DNA from: Rhizomicrobium sp.
GTDB lineage: Bacteria > Pseudomonadota > Alphaproteobacteria > Micropepsales > Micropepsaceae
Length of the DNA stretch: 64,000 nt
Reading direction: 5' to 3'
NCBI GenBank assembly: GCA_035279305.1
Contig: DATEIA010000041.1
Location: 6,082 to 70,081, forward strand
Below, one piece after another: positions 39,869-50,107 of this stretch (its first letter is position 1; each line of letters opens with the position of its first letter). The notes under the pieces are model-generated. The model made no database searches. It saw nothing but the letters and a program-made list of their open reading frames with translations, and had not been told where the DNA came from. Both the position numbers and the translations under genes were made by a program.

Positions 39869-40927
39869 TGCTGATGTCTGTCCGCTCAATCTCAACTTGA
39901 TCGAATGTACTTTGCGAGCCTGACAATGTCGCAGTACCACCAGTAAAATTCTGCCAGCGGCGTACGATGACGTCGACATAGGTGGGATCGTTTTCCAAAC
40001 CGTAGCAGATGCGGCCGCACTGCTCGGCTGCGATGATGGTTGTTCCGGAACCAAGGAACGGGTCATAGACGATGTCCCCGGCCTTGGAGTTGTTCTCGAT
40101 CGGCCGGCGCATGCACTCCACCGGCTTTTGGGTTCCGTGTACCGAAGCATCGTCTGCAGTTTTGACGCCAGGTTCCTTTGCCGCTTTCACGCCTTCGATA
40201 TCCCAAACCGTGCTCTGCTTGCGGTCTCCAGTCCATGTGGACTTTCCGCCTTTGCGGGCGGCGTACCAGCAAGGTTCGTGCTGCCAGTGATGGTGGCCCC
40301 GCCCAATCGCAAAATGGGATTTGCGCCAAATGATCTGGGCCCGAATCTCAAAGCCGGCCGCCTCAAGGGATTGCTGGACCTGGGCGGCAAACTTTCCGGC
40401 GTGCCAGACATAGGCCGTGTCTCCGCCGAACAAGGCCCAGGCCTCCCGCCAATCGGCCCGGTCGTCATTCTGAACCTTGCCAGTGCGGACTGAGGCCGAC
40501 ACCCGGCAGCATGCCGCCAGCTGGGGTCGTAGACCACGCCATAGGGCGGGTCGGTTGCCATCAGGGTCGGCCGGCCACCTTCAAACAGTCGCCCCACATT
40601 CGCGGCATCCGTGGCGCTGCCGCAAAGAACGCGGTGCGGGTCGAGGAGCCATAAATCGCCCGGACGTGCCACCGGTGGGCCTTCTGGCGCCGACGCGGCG
40701 TCCGGGTCGGTAAGTCCGGCCCACAACCCGGCAAGCCGCCGCAGGTCGGCCGCGCCAAAGCCGAGGAGCCCAACGTCGAAGCCGGTGCTGGCGAGAGCGG
40801 CCACCTCATCGGCCAGCAGCCCGAAATCCCAACCAGCCAATAGGGCAACTTGATTGTCGGCAATGACGTAGGCCTGTTTCTCCTCATCGGACCAGCCACA
40901 GGCCGTCATAACGGGCAGGCGGCCGTA
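39804..40927 (-). pseudogene. phage ParB-like/N6-N4 DNA methyltransferase, 5'-truncated and frameshifted
   Basis: AYVIADNQ...AGWD, HRVLCGSAT, TDPPYG in one frame; frameshift near 40500 to HGTQKPVEC, DPFLGSGTT. Confidence 0.85.
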
Positions 40928-41391
40928 TTCCAAATTGTAGAAATTGCTTCCTGCAGCAAATCGAATACGGCGCGCGCCGTAGTGATCAAATACTCAAGCT
41001 CGGTCTGCACATATGAGTTTATTAGCGTTCCTTCAATCGAATTTCTGGCTTCGAAATAATGATTAAGTTTGGATGCGCTGGTTGCCAGAAGGTGGAAGTC
41101 ATCGCAGACCGACAAGATGATACGGCTGATCTCTGGCCAACTGGCCCTCTGCCACATAAAATCGACGAAGAAAATCCAGAAGTCGTTGTTCTTACCTACC
41201 GACTTTGCGACATAGATAGAGCGGATCGTATCAACGACCTGGATTTTTATGAGCTGACCATCCGCCACATCGATCCACTGGTGCCATTCAGAACCGTCCC
41301 ACAGTGGCATCAACAGCAATGATCGTTCGCCGACAGCAGCAGCGTTTAAATAAGTGACTTTGGCTAATTCGGTCGGATTTATTTTTCCCAT
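40906..41391 (-). CDS. AT-rich hypothetical protein, probably 3'-truncated phage cargo
   Basis: 161-aa ORF; C-terminus runs directly into the truncated methylase. Confidence 0.5.
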   Translation of the reverse strand: MGKINPTELAKVTYLNAAAVGERSLLLMPLWDGSEWHQWIDVADGQLIKIQVVDTIRSIYVAKSVGKNNDFWIFFVDFMWQRASWPEISRIILSVCDDFHLLATSASKLNHYFEARNSIEGTLINSYVQTELEYLITTARAVFDLLQEAISTIWNTAACPL

Positions 41392-41690
41392 TTGTCCGTC
41401 AGACAGGAGCGATTACTTGCCGCCGGTTGGCCAGCCGGGGGGCGAATGCCTCCGTATGGACACCCAAAACTTGGCGAACATCCAACACGCCAGATGCCGG
41501 ATAGTGTTAGAGATTTTGTTGCGTACCGGGGGGGCCGGAGTCATCGGGTTTGGAGAAATTCCCGCTAAAAGAGACGAAACCCAGCAGTTACCACGCCAAC
41601 TCGGTAATGAGATCGTCAGCCTATAGTTAGCTAAACTGGCGATTCTTCGATCATTTCCCTGGCGAGAGAAAGCCGGACGGAAAAGGGATG

Positions 41691-41724
41691 GCGGAGGATC
41701 GGCTCCTGGAAACAAACTGTCTCC
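41691..41724. repeat. 34-bp dispersed att-like motif, copy 2
   Basis: GCGGAGGATCGGCTCCTGGAAACAAACTGTCTCC; reverse strand ends ...CCTCCGCCA like a tRNA 3' end. Confidence 0.6.
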
Positions 41725-41868
41725 ACCGAAAAGGCCAAAAACCTAGGTTTTGGGGTGTCCGGTGAACGTTTTGGGTTCCAAACAGGGCTGTACAGGGCTA
41801 GGCAGGCCCGTTCGGGGGCGGTCCCACCCCGGAGGGCGTCGTCGGGAGCATCCCCTGGCTGCCCAAGG

Positions 41869-42408
41869 TTATGGCCGCGGCGCAATGACGATTTCCGCGC
41901 GTGCCAAGCGTCTCAGAATATTGCGGTGCCGGGTGATTGGCCACCAGTCGTATAGAAAAATCTCGATCGGCCGCCAGTTCGCCACCCATCCCAGGATGAC
42001 CAGACCCTCATTGAGCAAGCGGCCGAACTCACCAAACCAGGGCGAGCGCAGAATAAGGCCGCCGCTGGCGATACAGGCGGCAAGCACCACAAGTCCCACG
42101 CAAAGGGAATAGCGGCCGGCACGGAACAGTTCCCTCAAATCTTTGGCCAAGACGCCGGCCCGATAGCTGAAGTATCGGCCGACCGCCTGGCCCAGCATCT
42201 GCGCGTGATCTCCCGAAGCTTCGGAGGCCGGCATATGGATCAGGATGCGGATGGGAGCTTTGCGCGGCAATTCACGCGCCCAGCCGACGATATAGTCCTC
42301 GGCTGCGCGATCCAGGTCTTTCTCCCGGAAGGGCATGGGGTCGAGGGTGTCGAATAGCTGTCCGACCTTCTCGACCTGGACTTCGATGACGGCCGGTTCC
42401 TGTCCCAT
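41869..42408 (-). CDS. conserved hypothetical membrane protein
   Basis: QLFDTLDP.PFREKDLD..AEDYIVGWA.E, two C-terminal TMs, GWVANWRPIEIFLYDWWP. Confidence 0.8.
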   Translation of the reverse strand: MGQEPAVIEVQVEKVGQLFDTLDPMPFREKDLDRAAEDYIVGWARELPRKAPIRILIHMPASEASGDHAQMLGQAVGRYFSYRAGVLAKDLRELFRAGRYSLCVGLVVLAACIASGGLILRSPWFGEFGRLLNEGLVILGWVANWRPIEIFLYDWWPITRHRNILRRLARAEIVIAPRP

Positions 42409-42566
42409 GATTCTGTCGCTCCTGAATCATCTGAAGCCTTGGGCGGCCTCGCCGCCCTGATCCAGATCAAGATCATCCGGCGAATAGGTGTCGCCGGGGC
42501 GGTGCTGAGCGCTCTTTGAAGCTTTAAGGTGACACCACAGAGCAGTCGCTGATGCTGCGCTACGGT

Positions 42567-42638
42567 GTACGTCGAATAGCCTATTTACAGCGAATAATGC
42601 GGCTTTTGCTGCAATGCAGCATACGTCAAACAGCGTAT
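42567..42638. promoter_or_regulatory. two copies of an 18-bp semi-palindromic operator upstream of the TonB receptor
   Basis: GTACGTCGAATAGCCTAT (42567-42584) and ATACGTCAAACAGCGTAT (42621-42638). Confidence 0.65.
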
Positions 42639-42728
42639 ATGGTCCTGGCCGGATGCAGGGCAGGCTCCTGTCAAGTGACGCTTCGATGAACAACCGAAGT
42701 GCCGTGTTGCCAAATGGGGGTTTTCCAA

Positions 42729-45704
42729 ATGAATGACTTCAGGGCGCAAAAGGTATCTGGACGCCTTTTGAAGAACACTTTGCTCAGCACGCTTAGCGCC
42801 ACACCGCTGATGCTTGCAATCCTTGGGGGCAGCGCGGGCGTAGCTCTGGCCCAGGCCGCGCCCGCCGCTCCGGCGGAAATCGAAACAGTCGTCTCCACCG
42901 GATCGCGCATCGTGCGTGACGGCTTTGCAGCCCCCACTCCTGTGACCGTTACTACCGCCGACCAAATCCAGACCTCGGCGACCGCCTTCGCCGCAGACTA
43001 TCTCAACACATTGCCCCAATTTGCCGGTTCCACGACGCCATTGTCCACGGCGCCCGGAATCAACAACAGCACGGGATCCATCAACGGCCTCAGTCTTCGC
43101 GGCTTGGGCGCCATACGCACCCTGACGCTGGTCAACGGCCAGCGCGTCGTCGGCAACATCTCTACCGGCATCGTGGACGTAAGCCAGCTGCCGCAGCAGT
43201 TGATCCAGCGTGTCGACACGGTGTTCGGCGGCGCCAGCGCGGTCTATGGTTCCGACGCGCTCACGGGCGTGGTGAATATCGTTCTCGACAACAAGTATGA
43301 GGGCATCAAGGGCGATTTCTCCGCCGGCCAAACGGCCTATGGCGACGATAAATCCTGGAAGGGCACCCTCACCGCCGGCATGTCGTTCCTGGGCGGCCGC
43401 GGCCATTTCGTGGTCTCGGGCGAAGCGGGCGGGAATGATGGCATCCTCGCAGGCGAAAACGGCCGCCAGTGGGATAAGCAGGGCTACCAGATGATGACCA
43501 ACCCGGCCTACGGGACGGGGGCCGGCCAAAGCACAAATGTGCCGCTGCAGATCGCCCGTGACCATGTCGGGATGAGCCAGGCCTCCCCTGGCGGCTTGAT
43601 CACTTCGGGTCCGCTCAGGGGCACCATCTTCGGCGCCGGTGGCGCGGTCTCGAAGATCAACTTTGGAACTCTCATCAGCAATCCGTACATGCAGGGCGGC
43701 AGCTGGCAGGCCACCAACCAGCGGCTCAACGGTGGTATCCAGGTTCCAATCTCCCCCAGGTCAACCAACCAGAACGCCTATGCCCGCGTCAGCTTCGACC
43801 TCACAGACAATATCGAGATCTATGCCTCGGCGCAGTGGGCCCACAACCACGAACAATCCCAATCGATCAACAATTACCGACTGGGCGATATAACCGTCAC
43901 CACCGCGAACCCCCTTATCCCGGACTCGGTAAGGCAGTCGATGGCGGCGGCTGGCATCACCTCGTTCCAGATGGGCACGATGAACAAAGACGTGATGGGG
44001 ACGACGCCACTTTATGACCGCAGCGTCACGCGCACGCTGGTCGGCGCGGACGGCAACTTCCATCTCTTCGACACCAACTGGACTTGGGATGCGCATCTAT
44101 CCTATGGCTACAACAGGGGCGCCAGCGCAGCGCACAATACGCTGAATGTTCCCCAGTATGCCAAGGCCATTGACGTGGTCCGCGCGCCCTCGGGCGCCAT
44201 CGTCTGCCGTTCGACCCTCACCACTCCGACCGATGGCTGTGTGCCGTACAATCTGTTCGGCACCGGCGTGAACAGTGTGGATGCCATCAACTACGTCACG
44301 AATCGGCCCGGTCAGGCTGGTAACTCCACCACGTTTGGCGGAATCAGTACCGTACACTTCTTCAAAAACCACACGATACAGACCGTCTATGGCGCCAACC
44401 TGAGCGGCGCACCGTTCTCCAGCTGGGCCGGCCCGATCTCGGTCGCGACCGGCTATGAGCATCGCAGGGAATCGATTTCCGCCGATGCCGATCCCGGCGC
44501 GGTACCCCAAGAGTGGTTCATCACCTCCGGCACGCCTTACGTTGGGCAATACACGATCGACGAAGGCTATCTCGAAACAGTCATTCCGCTGGCGGTCGAC
44601 GCATCCTGGGCGAAAAGCCTGGACTTCGACGCTGCGGGACGCATCACCAACTACTCGACCTTCGGCCTGATCAAGACCTGGAAACTGGGCTTGAACTACA
44701 CCCCCCCGGAACTTGGCGGCGTTCTCAACGGCTTCCGTTTCCGCGGCACCTATTCGAACGATGCGCGTGAGCCGACGCTGGTGGATTATTATTCCGCCCC
44801 TGTGAGCTCGAATAATACGGTCTCCAATCCCTTCTTCAACAACCAGACTGTCGCCTACTTCGGCTCTTCGGAGGGTAACCCCAATCTGAAGCCGGAAGTC
44901 GCCCTCACGTACGGTTTGGGGCTCGTCTATCAGCCAGACTACATCCCAGGCTTCAGCGCTTCGTTCGACTATTATAATATCAACATAAAGCAGGCGATCA
45001 CCTCATACAGCGCGCAGCAGACGCTCAATCTGTGCTTCCAGGGCCAGGCGACCGCGTGCGCCAACGTATCAACAGTCAGCATTGCCGCCAACGGCCTGCC
45101 GATCCTTCGAATCAGGACGTCTCCGCTCAATTTCGCGTCCGAAAAGGCGACGGGATTCGATATCGCCGCCAGCTACGTGACGTCGCTGGATGCGCTACAA
45201 GAAGGCTGGCTGGGAGACATTTCCTTGGGGGCGAATATCACACATGCGATCTCGGACATCCAGGATTCCGGCGCCCCCGGCGTCGCCAAGATAGATATCG
45301 CGGGAATGAACTCAACTTCCGCTCCACCGAAATGGAAGTATCAGTTTACCGCGCGCTATACGCTGGATCCGATATCGTTGGGCCTGACTTTGCGCGGCCT
45401 CAGCGCGGGCAAGTACAACTCGAACTGGATCACTTGCACCACGGCTTGTCCGGTCTCTACCGCCAACAACATCACCTCCGACCTTAACTCACTCCCCAGC
45501 GCCTGGTGGGTCGACCTCAATAGCAGCTACAGCATCACCGACAGCATCGATGCGTTCTTCAATGTCAAAAACCTGTTTAATTTAGATCCCCCCGTCTTTT
45601 ATCCAGGCCCCGGCGGTAACGCCTGGCAGACAATCCCTGCGCCTCTCTTCAACTATGATGTCCTTGGGCGCGTGTACCGCGTGGGTGTGCGCTTCAGTAC
45701 GTAA
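42729..45704 (+). CDS. TonB-dependent receptor
   Basis: Signal peptide, TonB-box-like ETVVSTGSRI, LRGLGA.RTL.LVNGQR, GASAVYGSDALTGVVN, GNPNLKPE, C-terminal GRVYRVGVRF. Confidence 0.95.
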   Translation: MNDFRAQKVSGRLLKNTLLSTLSATPLMLAILGGSAGVALAQAAPAAPAEIETVVSTGSRIVRDGFAAPTPVTVTTADQIQTSATAFAADYLNTLPQFAGSTTPLSTAPGINNSTGSINGLSLRGLGAIRTLTLVNGQRVVGNISTGIVDVSQLPQQLIQRVDTVFGGASAVYGSDALTGVVNIVLDNKYEGIKGDFSAGQTAYGDDKSWKGTLTAGMSFLGGRGHFVVSGEAGGNDGILAGENGRQWDKQGYQMMTNPAYGTGAGQSTNVPLQIARDHVGMSQASPGGLITSGPLRGTIFGAGGAVSKINFGTLISNPYMQGGSWQATNQRLNGGIQVPISPRSTNQNAYARVSFDLTDNIEIYASAQWAHNHEQSQSINNYRLGDITVTTANPLIPDSVRQSMAAAGITSFQMGTMNKDVMGTTPLYDRSVTRTLVGADGNFHLFDTNWTWDAHLSYGYNRGASAAHNTLNVPQYAKAIDVVRAPSGAIVCRSTLTTPTDGCVPYNLFGTGVNSVDAINYVTNRPGQAGNSTTFGGISTVHFFKNHTIQTVYGANLSGAPFSSWAGPISVATGYEHRRESISADADPGAVPQEWFITSGTPYVGQYTIDEGYLETVIPLAVDASWAKSLDFDAAGRITNYSTFGLIKTWKLGLNYTPPELGGVLNGFRFRGTYSNDAREPTLVDYYSAPVSSNNTVSNPFFNNQTVAYFGSSEGNPNLKPEVALTYGLGLVYQPDYIPGFSASFDYYNINIKQAITSYSAQQTLNLCFQGQATACANVSTVSIAANGLPILRIRTSPLNFASEKATGFDIAASYVTSLDALQEGWLGDISLGANITHAISDIQDSGAPGVAKIDIAGMNSTSAPPKWKYQFTARYTLDPISLGLTLRGLSAGKYNSNWITCTTACPVSTANNITSDLNSLPSAWWVDLNSSYSITDSIDAFFNVKNLFNLDPPVFYPGPGGNAWQTIPAPLFNYDVLGRVYRVGVRFST

Positions 45705-45754
45705 GACTGCCCAGGAATATGTAAGACTTCCCAGGGGTATTCCTGCCGCGCAAG

Positions 45755-45784
45755 AAACCCGCCCTGAGATCAGGGCGGTTTTTT
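45755..45784 (+). terminator. rho-independent terminator
   Basis: GCCCTGA-GA-TCAGGGC stem followed by GGTTTTTT. Confidence 0.8.
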
Positions 45785-45863
45785 GTGACTATTTGCGCGA
45801 ATCCTGAATGCGGCAGATTGGGTAATCTGAAGGCCTGGCACGAAAAAACGTTGGCGTTGACCG

Positions 45864-46007
45864 ATGGACGATCCGTTTGCCCGGAGCGTGGACTATGTGC
45901 GCGTTTCGGTTGCCGACCGCTGCAATCTGCGCTGTACCTACTGCATGATCGAACACATGCAGCTCCTGTCGCTGGAGGCAGTGCGGCAGGAGCTACAGTC
46001 CTATTAA
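45864..46007 (+). pseudogene. moaA: 5' remnant of GTP 3',8-cyclase moaA (47 aa)
   Basis: [38 protein letters not shown] then TAA; MoaA N-terminus with radical-SAM CxxxCxxC; below the ORF track cutoff. Confidence 0.8.
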
Positions 46008-46061
46008 TCCCATTTCGCTTGGCAAGGCCGGCAGCTATTCTGACGGCAAAGAGGGAAATGT

Positions 46062-49013
46062 ATGTCCCGGGAATTGTTCAGTCAGGCTATTTCGCTTCAC
46101 CAGCGGGGAAGGCTTGAAGATGCCGGGCGACTCTATCTGAGGATGCTCGATAGCAGTCCGGCCGATTCTGAAGTGCGATATCTGCTTGCCTTCCTACGAT
46201 ACCAGCAGGGTCGCATTGGCGAAGCGTTACAAGCGGTGGAAGCGGCTCTTTCACGTGATCCAACCGTTGCCAAGGCCCTTCTGCTGCATGGTGTATTGCT
46301 TCATGCGACTGGAAAGCCCTTGGAGGCGTTGGCCCAGCTTACCGCCGCTGCCGCACGCGATCCCGGAAACGCCGAAATTTGGTACAGTCGCGGCGTGCTG
46401 CTGGGGGAGGTGGCACGTCACGCGGAAGCCCTAATATCCTTTGACAAAGCCTTGTCGATCCGACCGACCGCGGAATGCTGGAATAATCGCGGCGCAGCAT
46501 TGCAAATCCTGAAGCGGTGGCCGGAGGCTTTGCAAAGTTTCGACGCGGCGCTGGCGCTGAAACCTGACTATGCGATATGGACCAATCGTGCCCGCGTGCT
46601 GCAAGACATGGGGCGGTTCGAGGAGGCTGTAGCCGCTTGCGATCGCGCTTTGTCGCTAGCACCGGATTCTGTCGTGGCATGGAATGAACGCGGTAATGCC
46701 CTGCTTAGGTCGAAGCGATTTGCAGAATCGTTGGCCAGCTATGACAGGGCGCTCGCCATGCAGCCGGATCATGTTCCAGCTATCGTTCAGCGCGCCATCG
46801 CGCTGCAGAGCCTTTATCGTCTGGATGAAGCAATTGCGGGCACGGAAGCAGCGGGAAGATTGAGTGAGGCAGAAGCCGGGTTTCGTCAAGCGGTTACGCT
46901 CAATCCAGATCTTGTGGAGGCCCATACCCATTTGGGTAACGTGCTACGGGAACAAGGCAAGCTGGATGCCGCAGAACTCAGTTGCCGCCGTGCTATTGCG
47001 TTGCAAGCGGACGAGGTAGGCGCGCATATCGGTCTCGGCAATGTTTTGAATGACCGCGGGGATCTGCAAGGCGCCATTGATTGTTATCGCCGCGCCCTGG
47101 CGCTGAACCCCAATATTGCCGAGGCCCACAATAATTGCGGCAATGCGCTTAATGACCTAGGAAGGTTGGAAGAGGCCATGGCTTGTTATCAGCAAGCATT
47201 GGTGCTCATGCCGGACTTGGTTCAGGCGCACAACAACATCGCTGTAGTGCTGTGGAATCAGGGTAAGCTGGAAAAGGCTGAATTTATTTTCAGACAAATA
47301 ATACAGAGCCATCCTACTTATGTCACAGCCTTGGACAGCCTTGCCTCCCTACTTTCGATGCAGGGAAATGTCGTCGCGGCAACGAATGTCATTTGCCAGT
47401 CTCTGAAACTCGAGCAGACGCAAAAGGCGCAAAGAATATTTGTGGACGTCATTCGCAATGGTCGTTGGATCGAGGACAATGACACCATTCGCTCTCTAAT
47501 GGTGCGGGCTTTGACCGAGCCATGGGGGCGACCCAGCGATCTGGCCCAGGTTGGTGTGGAACTTCTCAAGCTGGATGCTCATATTGGTTCTTGTATTGCG
47601 AAGGCTGTCGCCGCCTGGCCAAAAGTTCTGTCCGCGCAGGAATTATATGAGGCAGACGGACCTGCAGCGCTCTTGGACAATCCTGTGCTTTGTGCCCTTC
47701 TGAATAGTACCCAAAATCCCGATCTGGAAATGGAGCGTTTTTTGACCGCGGCGCGGCATCTCCTACTTGAAGCGGCTATTGGTGCTGTCGGCAGCTACGA
47801 TGAGGATGAGGCTTTATCCTTCTATAGTGCGCTAGCCCACCAGTGTTTCATAAATGAATATGTTTTTTCGCAAAGCGAGGAGGAAGGCCGGCAGGTCGAT
47901 GAATTGTGCGCCCGGTTGACGGCGGCGCTGGAATCCGGAACGCCTGTGTCGGCCCTCTGGGTAACGGCCATTGCGGCCTATAGGTCGCTGGGGTCTGTGC
48001 CGCTGTCGGCGCGCCTACTGGATCGCCAATTGCCTGAACCTGCAGCGGCTCTTCTTGCGCAGCAGATCGTCGAGCCACAGGCGGAGGCTCTCTTGCGCGC
48101 GGAAATTCCCCGGCTAACAGAGATCGCCGATGGCGTTTCACGTGACGTTCGGGAGCTTTATGAAGAAAACCCCTATCCGCGCTGGGTCAGGACTGCCCGT
48201 GGGGAATCGCTGAACGGTATCGGAGCCTATTTGTACCGGAAATTTCCTCTTGCACGCTTCCAGCGCCGGGCCGGCACCTCTGTCAATATCCTGATTGCTG
48301 GCTGCGGCACAGGACAGCACTCGATCGAGGTGGCGCGGCGCTTTCGCGATGCGCAGGTGCTGGCAATCGATCTGAGCTTGAGCAGCCTTGCCTATGCCAG
48401 GCGAAAGTCGCAGGAATTGGGATTGACCAATATCGAATATGGCCAAGCCGATATTCTCGAGTTAGGTGCGCTGGGGCGCAATTTCGATCTCATCGAGACC
48501 GCGGGCGTCTTGCACCATATGGCCGATCCTTACGCTGCCTGGGGAACGCTTTTATCCCTATTGCGTCCGGGCGGCTTTATGCTGGTCGGCTTGTATAGCG
48601 AAGTCGCACGGCGGGATATCTTACGGGCCCGCCGTTTTATCGCGGCGCGGCAATTTGAGCCTGTGCCTGAGCAGATCCGCCGATGCCGTCAGGAGATCAT
48701 GGCTCCGAGTGAAGCAGAAAATTTTGCATCGCTTCTCAAGCTATCGGATTTCTTTAGCATCAGCACATGCCGAGATCTGCTTTTCCATGTGCAAGAACGC
48801 TATGTGACCTTGGCAGGGATCGATGACTATTTGCGTGTAGGGGGACTCACGCTTCTGGGTTTTGAAATTAGCCCCTATGTCCTTCATGCCTATAGGCATC
48901 GCTTCCCGAACGATCCCGCCGCCACTGATCTTGGCCAATGGCAGATTTTCGAGAATGAGAATCCGGACACGTTTTCCAGCATGTATCAGTTTTGGATTCA
49001 GAAGACTGCTTAG
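46062..49013 (+). CDS. TPR-repeat protein fused to class I SAM-dependent methyltransferase
   Basis: Many TPR repeats (AHNNCGNAL..LGRLEEA...YQQAL), CFINEY, YEENPYPRW, ILIAGCGTG, GVLHHM, MYQFW.QK. Confidence 0.9.
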   Translation: MSRELFSQAISLHQRGRLEDAGRLYLRMLDSSPADSEVRYLLAFLRYQQGRIGEALQAVEAALSRDPTVAKALLLHGVLLHATGKPLEALAQLTAAAARDPGNAEIWYSRGVLLGEVARHAEALISFDKALSIRPTAECWNNRGAALQILKRWPEALQSFDAALALKPDYAIWTNRARVLQDMGRFEEAVAACDRALSLAPDSVVAWNERGNALLRSKRFAESLASYDRALAMQPDHVPAIVQRAIALQSLYRLDEAIAGTEAAGRLSEAEAGFRQAVTLNPDLVEAHTHLGNVLREQGKLDAAELSCRRAIALQADEVGAHIGLGNVLNDRGDLQGAIDCYRRALALNPNIAEAHNNCGNALNDLGRLEEAMACYQQALVLMPDLVQAHNNIAVVLWNQGKLEKAEFIFRQIIQSHPTYVTALDSLASLLSMQGNVVAATNVICQSLKLEQTQKAQRIFVDVIRNGRWIEDNDTIRSLMVRALTEPWGRPSDLAQVGVELLKLDAHIGSCIAKAVAAWPKVLSAQELYEADGPAALLDNPVLCALLNSTQNPDLEMERFLTAARHLLLEAAIGAVGSYDEDEALSFYSALAHQCFINEYVFSQSEEEGRQVDELCARLTAALESGTPVSALWVTAIAAYRSLGSVPLSARLLDRQLPEPAAALLAQQIVEPQAEALLRAEIPRLTEIADGVSRDVRELYEENPYPRWVRTARGESLNGIGAYLYRKFPLARFQRRAGTSVNILIAGCGTGQHSIEVARRFRDAQVLAIDLSLSSLAYARRKSQELGLTNIEYGQADILELGALGRNFDLIETAGVLHHMADPYAAWGTLLSLLRPGGFMLVGLYSEVARRDILRARRFIAARQFEPVPEQIRRCRQEIMAPSEAENFASLLKLSDFFSISTCRDLLFHVQERYVTLAGIDDYLRVGGLTLLGFEISPYVLHAYRHRFPNDPAATDLGQWQIFENENPDTFSSMYQFWIQKTA

Positions 49014-49169
49014 ACGCGCATCCGATTAAATGCCGATTGCCACTATCGCTTCTTTTGCATCATACGCCGCTGAGTGACAGGCTGCGGGGATCTCCGATCC
49101 ACCGGTCAATCCATCATCCACCGGCCTCGGAAGGTCTTACAAGCGTAGAGCTAGGCCCGGCGGCTACCG

Positions 49170-49664
49170 TCATCCATTCTTCTTCAGCGGTGGTCCAACC
49201 TGCACGTCGTAGCCGTCCGGGTCCCTGATGTGAAAGCTTTTTGCGCCGCCCCCCATGTCAATTCGCGGTTCCAGGCCACGGCGCTTCAATTCCGCCTCCA
49301 CGGCATCCGCATCCCAGTCGTCCAGCGTATAACCAACATGGGTGATGTATGGCTTGACGCCGGGTTGAGGGTTGGTGCGAGCCGTCAGCAGGGTGTCGCC
49401 GAACCCCAGATAGCACTGTTTGCCGGTATCCTCGGAAACCTTCATGCCCAACAAGTCGGAATAAAAATCCCGCGTCTTGGCGTAGTCGGGTACCGCGTAT
49501 ACGTAGTGGTTGACGCTGATAGCCTTCAGCTTCCTCGGTTCTGCGGCCAGCAGCGGCGTCGCGGTTCCGGCGAGGGTGCCGACAGCCAGAGCTTGCACGA
49601 GCTGGCGGCGGCTCATTTTGCCGCGTTCGAAGTCGTTCAAGAGATTGTCGATGATCTGTTCCAT
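49170..49664 (-). CDS. Tat-exported VOC (glyoxalase/bleomycin resistance-like) protein
   Basis: MSRRQLV twin-arginine signal, VNHY..VPDY..TRDFY.DLLG, THVGY, RDPDGYDVQ. Confidence 0.85.
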   Translation of the reverse strand: MEQIIDNLLNDFERGKMSRRQLVQALAVGTLAGTATPLLAAEPRKLKAISVNHYVYAVPDYAKTRDFYSDLLGMKVSEDTGKQCYLGFGDTLLTARTNPQPGVKPYITHVGYTLDDWDADAVEAELKRRGLEPRIDMGGGAKSFHIRDPDGYDVQVGPPLKKNG

Positions 49665-49788
49665 GATGTCCCCTTGATGCGGCGATCACGCGACTCCGGA
49701 AGATGCCCGGAAGAGCGTAGACGTCGACCGAACCGATGATGGTTTACTGCTAGGGGAAAAACCTAGGCTCTAAGTTCGAGCAGCAGAA

Positions 49789-49806
49789 ATACGTCAAATG
49801 GCGTAC
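49789..49806. promoter_or_regulatory. 18-bp operator upstream of the Tat-VOC gene
   Basis: ATACGTCAAATGGCGTAC. Confidence 0.65.
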
Positions 49807-49894
49807 GGGAGTTCGTGCGCGCCGGGAGCTCCAGGGTGGCGTTTCGCGGTCGGATGCCGGCCCCCAGGTCATTGCTGCCGTCGCGGGCCGCTTT

Positions 49895-50107
49895 TCAGCG
49901 TTTGGCGTCAAACGCACCCAGTTTCAGCGATGAAGCCTGCTTGGGCCGCTCCTTTGCGGGGATGCTCATGACGAACGGCTGGACGCTCGGGCTTCGCGGC
50001 ACAACCGAGACGACAACAATATCGGAATAATCGGACGGGGCGGCCTCGGCGGCACCGCATGAGCCCGATGCCAAGACCAAAATTCCCAGTGCCCAAAATA
50101 CTTTCAT
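49895..50107 (-). CDS. small exported hypothetical protein (70 aa)
   Basis: GGGAG RBS, signal-peptide-like MKVFWALGILVLASGSCGAAEA. Confidence 0.5.
   Translation of the reverse strand: MKVFWALGILVLASGSCGAAEAAPSDYSDIVVVSVVPRSPSVQPFVMSIPAKERPKQASSLKLGAFDAKR

Larger units (their letters stand above)
39392..41724. mobile_element. decayed prophage/integrative element remnant
   Basis: P27 small terminase plus broken ParB-methylase and a truncated AT-rich ORF; no large terminase or portal; att-like motif at right edge. Confidence 0.7.

Noticed and set aside
41410-41545. G-run motifs as a phage cos/pac site
   Set aside because: Suggestive position but no HNH gene or verifiable consensus
41660-41724. 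tRNA gene ending in CCGCCA on the minus strand
   Set aside because: No T-loop GTTCGA or cloverleaf; kept only as an att-like motif
45701-45740. 20-bp imperfect tandem duplication at the TonB receptor stop (GTAAGACT.CCCAGG..TAT x2)
   Set aside because: Two copies only; most simply a local slippage event
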